Source: Podarcis gaigeae
Taxonomy: Eukaryota
Direction: 5' to 3' (one strand)
NCBI GenBank assembly: GCA_964106915.2
Contig: OZ066917.1
DNA: 64,000 nucleotides
Shown: positions 1-12,500 of the stretch, one piece after another
How positions within the stretch are numbered: position 1 is the stretch's first letter
Layout: each line of letters begins with the position of its first letter
Notes under the pieces: model-generated
Seen by the model: only the letters and a program-made list of their open reading frames with translations
Told to the model about the DNA's origin: nothing
Databases searched by the model: none
Program-made: the position numbers and the translations under genes

Positions 1-93
1 CATGCCCCCATATTGAGATTCCGTCAGAAACAGGGCTACATGTTTGCCTTTTTCATTAAAGGCATGGAAGCTTTAGAAAACTTGAAGACAGTA

Positions 94-412
94 CAATGGT
101 GCCCCGCAAGACGAACGCCTCGCAAGACGGAAAACCCGCTAGACGAAAGGGTTTTCCGTTTTGGAGGTGGTTCGCAAAACGAATTTCCCTATGGGCTTGC
201 TTCGCAAGACAAAAATGTCTTGCGAGTTCCTGCGAGTTTTTTCCCTCCCCCCCTTTTCCTAAGCCGCTGATCCGCTGATAAGCCGCTTAACAGCTGATCG
301 CTAAAAGGCGCTAATCCGCTAAGCTGTCAATGGGCTTGCTTCGCAAGACGAAAAAACCGCTATACGAAGAGCCTCACTGAACGGATTAATTTCGTCTTGC
401 GAGGCACCACTG
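94..412. mobile_element. Tc1/mariner (pogo/Tigger-like) MITE, family A
   Basis: TA|caatggtgccccgcaagacgaa ... ttcgtcttgcgaggcaccactg|TA; close copy at 25506. Confidence 0.88.
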
Positions 413-474
413 TATTCAATATGCCATTATTTAGTGTGTGCTATTCCTACTGATTGTTATGTTTTTGTGCTCAG

Positions 475-578
475 GTATCGAAGGAAGTGATGATGAAGCC
501 CTGATTGCTGGGGAACAGGATGAAGAACTCAGTCGATGGGAGCAAGAACAGATACGTAAAGGCATTAATATACCTCAG
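475..578 (+). CDS. PAXBP1: PAXBP1 exon ~5 (IEGSDDEALIAGEQDEELSRWEQEQIRKGINIPQ), GC donor
   Basis: tcag| acceptor; CAG|gcatgt donor; 104 nt. Confidence 0.92.
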
Positions 579-3500
579 GCATGTATTAAAGGAATTCTAA
601 AATTATGGTAGCAAATGATGACCCTTTGGCTAAATAAAGCTCCTGATTTGTCATCTTGCCCCCAATTGCCAGTGCTAGAGGGGAGAAAAGAGGTGTAGAT
701 ACCTGTGACATAGAGATTTGACAGCTAAGTTCTGGGACTGACCTTGTCCTGATCTATTATTATTCACTTCTTGAACAGGCTGATAACTGATACATGACCA
801 GGGTTTGATAAAACATGGGTTAGATCTATTACTGGAGTGTATTATACACAGCACTGCCTCAGAAGAAGGTTTGGAGACTTCAGATGGTGCAGAATTTTGC
901 GGCCAGGTTGCTGCCCTGGGCAAAATGGTTTGTCCGTATAATACCAATCCTAATCTGGATGCAAATTAGGTTCCAGGTCTAATTAAGAGTGCTAGATTTG
1001 ACCTATAAAGCCTTAAACAGGTCAGGACCACAACTTAGAGGCGAGAGGTAAATAGAGGATCTGACAGTTGTGGCAATAGGACTGGTTGGCAGTGCACTTT
1101 AAATAATAGAAGAGGGGACCTCCATTCTCCTCCTATGATAAAAGGGCCCCTTCAGTAAAACAATTTGCATACCAGAAATGTAAGCGTAGGACGAATTATC
1201 CAAGCAAATCTTCCCTGTTTTATCATTGAATGATGAACGTTTTGAGGTACTTCTTTCCTTGATAAGCACTTGTGTGCAAATGAAACATATACATGGGCAG
1301 GTAGAATTTAAGATATAATTTCTAAAAATTGTCTGTTGGACTGAATTAGCTTTGTGACCTTGTTTTTGTAATAAGGTTTACACATATTTTGTTCCTATAG
1401 GTTCAAGCAAGTCAACCTGCTGAAGTGAATAACCTGTACTACCAGAATACTTACCATACAATGCCTTATGGTTCATCTTATGGCATTCCTTACACATATG
1501 CTGCTTATGGATCATCGGAGACAAAATCTCACAAAACAGATAATACAATACCTTTCAAAACTCCCAGTAATGAGATGACTCCTGTTACTATTGATTTGGT
1601 AAAGAAACAGCTTAAAGACAGGTAGGGCACACCAAATTCTTAAAATTTAAGACCTGTCCTCTAGGTTCAGTCTGGGGGGCTGATGCAGAATTTCATCAAT
1701 GGAAGCCCATACATCCTCATTAAAAAAGGAAGAAAACAAACTGTTCAAAAGGCTGCTTGGATTACTTCCCTGGAAATGACCATTTGATCATGTTGAAGAT
1801 TGGTACATGAAAAGAATGCACACTGAAAACTAATTTTGTAGCCAAGGAATTGAAAGAACAGTAATACTTAGCTTACCACATTATATTGTTATGAGAAGTA
1901 TAAACCATTCTTTTCTGAATAGGTAAACATTTTAGACAAAGGCTTAACATTACATTTTTAGTAGTTTTAAATGCTGTAACATTTACTGAAAATTGGAAAT
2001 AACATGGATTAACTGAGCAGTTGCATGTGCTTCTTACTATAAGCATGTATCGTAATGGCTTGAAGTTGAGTCAGATTAATAGATAAATAATGACACCTTT
2101 AATCTAAGGTTAAGTATTTGAGTTAGCAAGTTCTTAATGTTAAGGTCAGAGAAATTGCTGTGAGCTTCCCATTTCTGTTGAGAGCAACTGGAATTTAGGA
2201 TACTGAGTATGCAAAGGGAAATGTGGTTAGATAATAAATACCCTGTATATAGCATAAAGAGCCATATAAATCGGGGTGCTTTATGTACATAATATGTACA
2301 TAGGATTCAAACACAATTCAGAAATGAGGTAAAATTGACTAAAGAAACATCCACTTTTGTGTGTGGTTGGTAGAGGGTGCACCAAGGATCCCTGGGTATA
2401 CCATGCATCAGCTGGAAGAAATAAAAGTACCATATGCAGTGAGTGTGCAGGGTGCTTTTGGAGTAGAGAAAGATGTGATGCACTCCCCTACTAGATGGAA
2501 AGCTTTGGGTTTATGAATGTTGGGGAGGGTTGGAAAAGCACAGATTTCTGGGGTGGGGTAGTGTGAGGATGGAGAAACTGACCTCCTTGGACCACCAGCC
2601 TGTGTATGGTCAGTAGAGATGACCAATAACACCTAGAAGGCCACAGTTTCTCATCTCTTTAAAGCTGTCAATACAGCTTTAAATGTTGTTTCTTGTAGTT
2701 TTCTTTACTATAAGAAAATAGTGCATGTATACTTTAGGTTGCAGTATGCTTTGGGATGTAAACGTGCACCCATTGACATTTAGGTTGGACTCAATGAGAG
2801 AATTTCACAAAGCAAATCAGCAGCAACATGAGAAGCATCTGCAAAGACGTGAAGAGTCTACCAAGGCAATCGAAAGATTGGAAGGGTCTTCTGGGGGTGT
2901 TGGTGAACGGTATAAATTTCTGCAAGAAATGCGAGGGTATGTCCAAGACTTGCTTGAGTGTTTCAATGAAAAGGTAAGAATGCAAAATATATTCATCTTT
3001 TTCAGTAACGAAGTTTAGTATGTGCTCAGTTCTCTTGTACATGCCAATGAAACACTCGGCACATGTTTGAAGGTTTGGTTTTAAATGTGGTGAAAACAAT
3101 GTAAGTCATTGTTGGAATACAACAGCGTTGGCATTCAGGTTGTGATGCCACCTTTCTCATTCTTAGAAGCATTTTATTTCTGAAAACCATTGTAGTTCTT
3201 AATGATGACTCAGATTCTGGTTGTTTAATTTGCATTTCCCGGTTCCCAGCATAAAAACCCAACAACACTTGAGACCTACATAAGGATTCTACAGACCAGT
3301 TTCTTCGCAGCCAGGATTGGTTAAGGAAGGACACTTAAAGCCCAGGTTTCCCCATGGCATATTGGAAACCCAGGCCAGTTTCATAGGAAGAATATACTGT
3401 TTTTAAAGCAAGGTTTGAAAAAAGCAGTTTATCTTGCTGATAAGTATCAAGTGCCAGGTACCCTTTTGTTACAAAGTGTTGTACTTTTAAATTGGATTCC

Positions 3501-6500
3501 AGGCAATTCTTTACTAATCTGTACTGCAACTTGCCTTTCCTAGAACTGGAAGGATGTATTTAAAAACTACATTTTAAAAAATTGTTGGGATTGAGCTTCA
3601 GTCCCGTGCACATTCAACCTGGAGTAAGCCCCCTGGAATTCCATAGGACTGGTTAACTTGGCATCAGTTTGCATCAAGTTCAGGATGAATTTCCTGTTTC
3701 TACTGTTTCATTTTTAAAAAACTAAACATAAATGAATTAGAATTCTTTTAAACTTTCCTGTGGAGATAATTTACTATTGGTTATGTCATATTGTAAGCTA
3801 TCTAGTAAGGGACGAGACCACTTGTGCACTGTAACGTGCCATGCACATTGGTGGCACCATATAAAAAAATAAGTTCAACATCTGTGTTAATCTGTAAATA
3901 ATAAACCTCCTGGTGCACATAATTTGGAAACTCAGTAATCTGAAGGTAAAGTACCAGAAGAAAATCCAAGGCTTGGAAAATATTGTGCAGTTACAACATA
4001 AGCAAGTTCATTATAATCAGGAAAACAGATGGCCATCCAACCTCTGCTTTAAAATCTCCAACGAGGGAGAATCCACACCTTGAAAGGGAGTTGGTTCCAT
4101 AGTCAAACAGCTCTTACTTTTATTAAGATATTGATGTTCAGTCATAATCTGCAGGCTTGTAACTTGAATAGGGTCCTAGCCCCCAGAGCAGGAGAAAACA
4201 ATCCACTTAAATAAACAAGTATTGAAGTCTCAGAATGTTTTGTTTTGTTATTAGATTTTGGTAGAAATGTAAGCTGCAATGGTTTTGGAGTTGTTGGTGG
4301 AAGTGTAAACTTCAGATAACTTATTTTAATGCTTATTAGAAGTTATATTTCCATTTTCATTCTGTATTCCTGTAACCGATTGGTCCCACTAATTGAGCCA
4401 ATAAACCTTCAGTTTAATCATGAAGCACTAGGTTTGGACACCAAGAGGGAGGCAAATCAGATATTTGATATGCAGTATACAACAATCAGTCTTTCCCTTT
4501 CCCTTGCATTTCCCTGTATCTCCCTGGAAAGATTTTTTTAAATGTAGTTAGTTGCTTTGGCTTGGATCTAAAGATATAGTTGTGCAAATCAAAGGCTCAT
4601 GCCCCTGGTCAGCCCCTGGTTTTTCAGGATTTCCATCCTCCTTACTTCAACACTCAGCATCATAAGCCATACTGTCCCAGATGTTCCCCCAGTCTTATAA
4701 GGAGACTTTCATGGGATATAGAAGGAAATGGAAGGTTGGAATATCCTATCCTGTGAATAGAAAGTAGGATTCAATCATGTATTTTTGAAGAAAAGTTAAC
4801 AGTAATACAGTGGTACCTCGGGTTACATATGCTTCAGGTTACATATGCTTCAGGTTACAGACTGCACTAACCCAGAAATATTACCTCGGGTTAAGAACTT
4901 TGCTTCAGGATGAGAACAGAAATCGTGCTTCGGCGGCGCGGCAGAGGAGGCCCCATTACCTAAAGTGGTGCTTCAGGTTAAGAACGGACCTCTGGAACGA
5001 ATTAAGTTCTTAACCCAAGGTACCACTGTATTGGTATAGAAAACTAGTAGTTCTATTCAAGTGCAGAAGTATAACAGTTAAAATATAAATTAAGCCTGCA
5101 ATGGTAAACTTGGGCACTAGGTAGTAAATCTCATTTAATACAATGGGACTTATGTCTGAGTAAACTTGCTTGGGATTCTGTTGCAAATGAGCAAAATGTA
5201 GATTTCAAAGAAAGCATCAGTAGGTCTTGATCAGGTTACTCCATTTCCCCACTATGGTGATCTGAATCCAGATTTCTGCTAGTAAAATTACGAGCATAGA
5301 CTGTATGATTATGGATTTGGAATGACTCTTCTGTATGGATGAAAAAGTTTTTGTCTAAAACTTAAGATTCTTTCCACTAAATAGGAAGGCAGACAAGGAA
5401 AGACTAGTGAAGCAGAAAATTGTGTCGCAGTAACCTAGTTTTCAGATCTCAGTAGGGTGGGTAGGAAACTCGTTAAACGTAGCTGAAAATTGCACTATAA
5501 ACTTGTTGTAGCTAGCAGTACACTCTGAATGTTTGTGGGCTTTGCTTCATTTTAGTAATGAATTCTTAACTAATGCAAAAAGAGTCCTATTCACGTTACA
5601 CTCTTGTGGTTGTGTATAATGGATTGTGTTGAGCATGTGAGGCAGAGCAAGATAGCTTTTCCCTGCTTGTTCACATAGAATGCTCCTGCTTGTGAAACAA
5701 CAGCAGGAAATACAACTGTCTTCTTTGGCTATGCCCTTTTCTCATGCTTGCTTCTGCCTCTTTCCTTCTTCCCCTGAGTTGGCAAAGTTGAATTGAATAT
5801 TTTGGCAAAGAATATCAAAGCTTGAATAGACTTGATTTTTGAGGAGGATTCTGCTTTACTCAAGGAGAAATAGTGATGCTGATGGCAGGATGTATTGTGT
5901 CGATGTGGTAGTGCTTGCAGCCACTCAGCCTCAGTTGCTGGCGGAAAAATGTCAAGAGTAGAATAACTAAAATAGGTTAAAAATAACTAACCTTGTGTCT
6001 AGCGTGAACGCTCATGTTTGTAACTGCTTTTGGACTTTTGTGAATGTAAGTAAATCTTTCCAGTTCCTTAATAAACTTTATTGAAAATACGTTCAGTCAT
6101 TGGGTTACAAGGCTGATTTTTAAAAATTGCCCCTTTTTAAAAAAGAAAATGTTGACTAAAAAGAAGTTGTGCTTTCTGTCCAATATTTAATATTTTTTTC
6201 ATTATATCACCTCCAAGAGAGATATTTCCTGTATGCAAATTCACTTTTTCCTTGAAATGTTCTGTCTTTTCTTTCTCAATTTGTAAAGAAACTTTTTTAT
6301 TGTGCATTAATTATTTCATCAAGTGATCTCATGAAATACTGAGGTCATTGCAAAGTCCCTGCTAGAACACAGTTTTTATTAAGTAACAGTTAAAACAAAT
6401 TTGGAATTACTTGGACTACTAGTAGAGGAAAGAATTAATTAAGGATAGATTCAGATGAACAAGCAGGTGGGCCATAGCAGTTTAAAATCCAACTCCACAG

Positions 6501-9500
6501 TGATTGCTTGCTTCAAATGGGGAGCTATGTGTAGTGACTTTCTGAATGCACGTTTTAGCCTGTGCAGTATTCCTGCAAATCCAGGTGACTAGGAGTTATG
6601 CTGAAGGGAAAGGTGGGGAATGCCTTAAAATCAGGCGAAGGCACCTTCTTTTCTATAAAATTATTAATCCAATCTTATTTAGTGACTGTATATTACTATG
6701 GACTGCTTACAACAGTTTAAAATCAAAATAATTAGTAAAACAGTAGAAAATATTTTTAAAATACAAAAGAAGTTGCTTCTGTCATGTTTTGGGGGGTTTC
6801 CCTAGTTTCTGCACTATAGCCCACCCCATTCAGCACAGTTGCCTAACACTATGTGGAGCATTTTGGGGTGCTTAAGGGCTGACATGGGGAGGAGGGAGTG
6901 GGGAAGTATATATTTGTTCTTTGGCTTACAAGTAAACATATGTCTAATAGTCTATGGCAAGTCCAAATTGCCCTCAAGTGATCAAGTAAAGAAGCTTTGA
7001 GTTTCCCTTTTTTCTTTTGGCCTACTCCCAAGTGAAATAATTTTCTATTGAATATATATTGTAGGGTAACCTTGTAAATGTTCTTACAGACTAGTAACTT
7101 TTGTGGACTTCTTTGCAGGCTTGTTCTTATGCTTTCCGTGAGGTAGCTTGTTGTCATTCTTTTCTATGCACTTTTCTTGAGTTAAATAGCAGTCAGTTGT
7201 TAAAACAGTAAAAAGAAAGCAATGCAGCTAAATGTGTAGCTGTATATCTTGGAATAGGGTGGCATCCCATACAGTTAAAACTTGAAGACTTTTTTATTAC
7301 GGAGTATTATATTTTTACAGGTGCTCCTGATTAACGAACTTNNNNNNNNNNNNNNNNNNNNNNNNNNNNNNNNNNNNNNNNNNNNNNNNNNNNNNNNNNN
7401 NNNNNNNNNNNNNNNNNNNNNNNNNNNNNNNNNNNNNNNNNNNNNNNNNNNNNNNNNNNNNNNNNNNNNNNNNNNNNNNNNNNNNNNNNNNNNNNNNNNN
7501 NNNNNTAATTTAAAGTGAAACCAGAAAGCATGTCTGGTTTAAATCTGATAGAAAAAAATCAGATTAAAGAATCTTAGCTCAGACTCTATACAGTGCCTTT
7601 CCTGTTCTCTGTCTCAGTGATTGAAAGCCATAGCATCTGGCTTCGATCCCTTTTTACACGTTAGATGTGTGTGTAACTGTATGTCTTTTCCTCACTTCCT
7701 GAAAGTATTTTTTAGAATGTTCTCTAAACCTAAAAAAACATGTAGGCGATTCTGATCGAAGTTTAGCTTTTGAATAATATTTATTTCTGCAGCTTACAAA
7801 AAGCCCCCCACCCCCACCCAACACAATCTAGGTACAGTTTGCCATGCATGCCTTCATTACTTCAAACATTAGACCAAATAATACCTGTGCTAACATTCCT
7901 GTCTTACATGTATTAGACAATTTTGCTAGGACAAATTTGTAAAATAAATTATGCAAAAGTGAGTACTTATGGTGAAATCTTATTCCCTCTTTGATACCAA
8001 GCTGGTAGATAATAGGAAAATTCATCCAAAAATTCTCTCTTTGTTTTCAAATGTTCAGTATATGACAACTATCAGATTGTAGCCTACAACAGTACTAATT
8101 GTTTTAATACCAACTGGAAATCTTGTCAGTTCCTGATACTCTTCAGTGTTGTTCACCAAGAATAGAAATTTGACCTGTTTTAGATGTACTAAAGGACTAT
8201 TTTTCTTTATTTTTTGTATGAAGAGGGGAAGGACTGTAGCTCAGTGACAGAGCATCTGCTTTGCATGCCAAAGTCCCAGGTTCAATCTCTGGCTTCTCTA
8301 GGTAGAACTAAAAATGTCCCTTGCTTGAATCCCTGGATAGCTGCTGCCAGTCACTACATACAATACTGAGTTAGATAGAACAATGGTCTGACTCCATATA
8401 AATGTTGAACACTAATGCTTTTTTAAACAATACAAACAGTTTTTTATGTTCAGAATTTTTTTAAGTGTTTACTGTTACTGAAGAGTTCCGAGTGATAAGT
8501 TGATTGTGACTTTTTTTTTGCACATAACGATGAAGGCACTCAAATATTTTACCCAATTCAGCCTCAGAAGATAATTCAGCCGCCGCCACTTTATCTGTGC
8601 GGTGTGTGTGGGTTTATAATTGTCAAACTTATAGATGTATTTCAGATTTATAGGGACCCGCTGAGAAAAATCCCCGCTAAAAACACTGTCATTATTATGC
8701 TTCCTGTAACTGGAGGATGGGTGTTCTAATTTCAGTGTTTGTACTCTCACAGGTAAAGCCCTGATGGCACCAAACCTTGATTCTTTTGGACGAGACAGAA
8801 CACTGTACCAAGAACATGTTAAAAGGCGGACTGCAGAAAGAGAAGCAAGAAGGTACAACAGCATTTAGGTTACTTCTGTATGTATTGGAATGCATGTTCT
8901 GTATGATTGCTGTCTCTTTGTAGTATACAGCCTACATATTCAAGTGCTTGCAGATAAATGATGGGCCACTCGCCTTGTAGGTAGAACATTGCTTGAGTCT
9001 TACATAGTGCGGCACAGTGGAGGTGGAGGCTGGCTGCTAGATATATGACAAATCCCAAACTAAGGCGAAGGGGAAAGTAGCAAAATGTTCAGGGCTGAGG
9101 TACTAGTTATCAAATAACACATGTCCTGTAACATGTCAGATGGCTTCAACTCTGCTTCATTTCCTCTTGAAATAAGGGAGAGCAGGAAAGATGCATCCCT
9201 CCTTAAAATAACAGCAATACCCTTTGTTTGGGAAAAGCTTGGTTTTCTAACTTCAATGCAACATTGTGTTCTATTCATTTTAATAGGGCTCGTCGTAGAC
9301 TTGCCAGAGAGCAATCTGGGAAGATGGCTGATCACCTTGAAGGCCTTTCTAGTGATGACGAAGAAACTTCAACAGATACTACAAACTTCAATATGGAACG
9401 AGGTCAGATTATTCATCTGAATGTCAGAAGTCATAGTAATATCTAGATCCCAGTATTATGTAGAGAAAATTTCATTTGATTAGATTGTATGACACTTTAA

Positions 9501-12500
9501 ACCATGCTCTAAAAGCAGCTTTAAATGTGGAATTATTACCTCATCTGTAGAATGACAGAGGCCAATGCTGCTCTCTGCCATCATAGGCAGCTGGAGAAGG
9601 AATTCCAGCCCTAGTCTAACCCTTATCTTACTAGCAAGGAGAGCCTCCTGCTGTAAAACACACACACTCTCTGCAAAAGTCAGGCTTCTTGGCTCATACC
9701 ATGTTCCTCTTTATTCTATTTTGACTGCTGCTTTTCTCTGAATAGTCAGGATCAGGAATTTCATTGTATGGTATCTTGTAAGCCTCCTTCAGGATGTGAC
9801 AAAAGACAGGGTGTAAGTTTCATGATCACATGTCTTTCCTTTGAAGTGGAACTATTCACAGGGGTTTTTTTGCCACATGGAACTACTTCCATGATGCTGT
9901 GCTTTCAAGTGATTATCACCATGGGCACACTTTCGAATTAAGTCATGTACTTTCATACATTGAGGTAAACACCGTACAGTAGTTGTAACACCAACTTCTT
10001 AAGAAAATAATAACTTTGTTATGCCATTGCTATAAAAAGGCAGAATATAAACAATAGAAAGGGCTAGATTCAGAGTGAACTGTGTCACAGGGATGGCAGA
10101 AGATGACTTTGCCCCTTCCTCCCCTGGTAGTCCCCTGCTCCAGCACCTTCTGCTAGGGGTCTAGATCCTGTTGAAAAATGAGGAAAGGGAGGAATCCCTA
10201 GAAATTAGGAAAACACCATCTCCCCATTTCCACTCAGCCACCACCATAATCCACCACCATTTAGCAGGGTCCCAAGCCCCTCTGTGAGAGTATTTGCAGA
10301 GGACATAGGAGACTGCTATGAGGAAGAAAGGGTAAGAAAGTTGGCTTCTGCCAGCCTCTTTGTGCACGTTCAGCTCTGTATCTGACCAAAGCGGTATAGA
10401 TATTAACAATTTCTTTATAGTATATTTGCTTGAAAGTTTGCCTGAAACTGCATTGCAGATATAAAGCAGGAGATTAATTTATGCTGTTTAAAATACTGTT
10501 ATCCTAGATCGCATTTTGAAGGAGTCCAGCAAAGTTTTTGAAGATGTGGTAGAAAACTTTTCATCCATTGATGCCATTAAGTCGCAGTTTGAAGCATGGC
10601 GTTTCAAGTATTCGTCTTCTTACAATGATGCTTATATTGGCCTTTGTTTACCTAAGCTATTAAATCCTTTAATAAGACTTCAGTTACTTACCTGGAACCC
10701 TTTGGAGGTGAGAGAAAGTTGAAACATGCTCACTGTATTCTGTTTGTTAAACAAGGCAAAATGGTTACATAGAAGTGATTAGAAGCCCGGGATCTGAGGG
10801 CCTTACTGCGAGGAGATACAGGGAGCCAGACAGAGGGCTTCTCAGCAGTGGCGCCATCCCTGTAGAACAGCCTCCTATTAGATATCAAGAAGATAAATAA
10901 CTATACAACTTTCAGAAAACATCTGAAGGCAGCCCTGTATCAGCATTTTTTAAAGTTTAATGTTTTATTCTGTTTTTATATGTGTTGGAAGCCACCTTGG
11001 GTCATAAATGTCCAAATGGTAGGCCTGAACTAGAGAAACTAGCTGCTTTGCCAGTCTGCTGCGACAGTATATTGATGGTATTGCAGTGCAGAGCAGTGGC
11101 TTCTACAACTTGATCAGCCTTGATGCAGTAGTTTGCAAATAGGTGACTGAAAAAAACATGCTGACATCAGTGCCAGCGCAGCCTCAGAAAATACGATGTG
11201 CTCCTGGCACTACAAGGACATTCTGAAAAGGAGGCACCTACCCTAAATGCTTGTACTAACTTATTGATAGAGTGTTCACACTTGATTAGTATTTTGTTTT
11301 AAAAACCATATTTATAGTGGCAATGTTTTATTTTAATAGGATAAGTGCCAAGACTTTGAGAGTATGCTGTGGTTTGAATCTTTGCTATTTTATGGATGTG
11401 AAGAATATGACCAAGAGAAAGATGATGCTGATGTTTCACTATTGCCTACTATTGTGGAAAGAGTGCTTCTGCCTAAATTAACAGGTACTTTATAAACATA
11501 CAGTCATTTTAAAAGCACAACAGTTTCTAATTTTTAGCAACATCATCTTAACACTGAGTTTTGAGAAGTAATAATTCTTTTTTTGTTGTTAGTACTTGCT
11601 GAAAATGTATGGGACCCTTTTTCTACAACACAGACATCTAGGATGGTAGCCATTACCCAGAAACTAGTAAATGGTTATCCATCAGTGGTACATGCAGAAA
11701 ACAAAAACACGCAGGTAAAAAATATTATTTTATCTTTTTGTAGGACTGGACTGCTATGTCTGGTTGCTACTATTAAGACATTTACTCATGTTTTGCACTT
11801 AATCCTAAATTAAAAGCAATTGTAGTTCCCTTGTGTTATGTAACTGGTAATTATTTAGGGATTGGTGTGTCACAGTAATATGTGTTGCTGGAGTGATGAA
11901 AATCTGTAAACAAACAAATGTCCATTAAAATGGCAAAAATAGTTTCTGTCCATCGTACTCTTTTTATGTTCCTCCTGATGGAAACATGCAGATGGCGACA
12001 GATATACCCCTGCTTTAAGTCATTTACATACTGTCTTCTCTTGTATACAGTGGTACCTCTGGTTGTGGATGGGATCCGTTCCAGAGCTCCGGTCGGATCC
12101 CGAGGTTTCCGCAACCGGAGGGACCGCTTCTGCGCATGTGCACGTGGCAGCAGACAGCTTCTGTGCATGCGTGCGGTGCAGTGGACAGCTTCTGCACATG
12201 TGTGCTCTGCGAAACACTTCCGGGTTTGCTACTTTCACAACCCAAAGTTTACATTACCTGAGGTGCTACTGTATTATTTACTACAAAGCTCAATGACTAT
12301 GCTCTTTAGTGTTGAAATGCTGGATTACCAGAACAACGTCCAAGCACTGAGCCACTGATATTTTAAAAGTGAACTCTTTATTTACTGCATTTGGAATTGT
12401 TTAAGATAAAACCTATTTTGGAAATAAGCTACTTTTGCCATTTTCATGGACGTTTATTGTTTGTTTACAGATAGTTACCTTGGTAATATTATCTTGCGTT

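Noticed and set aside
94-412. Repeated cgcaagacg motifs suggesting a CRISPR-like array
   Set aside because: Eukaryotic MITE subterminal repeats with irregular spacing, bounded by TIRs and TA; no cas genes.
5730-6051. Pyrimidine tract plus GAG acceptor (5778) and GTAAGT donor (6046) as a poison exon, or a C/D snoRNA near 5870
   Set aside because: Weak GAG acceptor; no proper RTGATGA/CTGA pair with a terminal stem; cannot be supported without conservation data.
8225-8300. tRNA-like sequence (also 24509, 52999, 55389)
   Set aside because: These are SINE heads followed by SINE bodies and tails; no intact cloverleaf.
8731-8760. Upstream AG at 8734-8735 and CAG|GTAAAG as a dual or recursive splice site
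   Set aside because: The upstream AG is too close to the likely branch point (ttctaat), and AG|GT occurs at several ordinary acceptors in this window.
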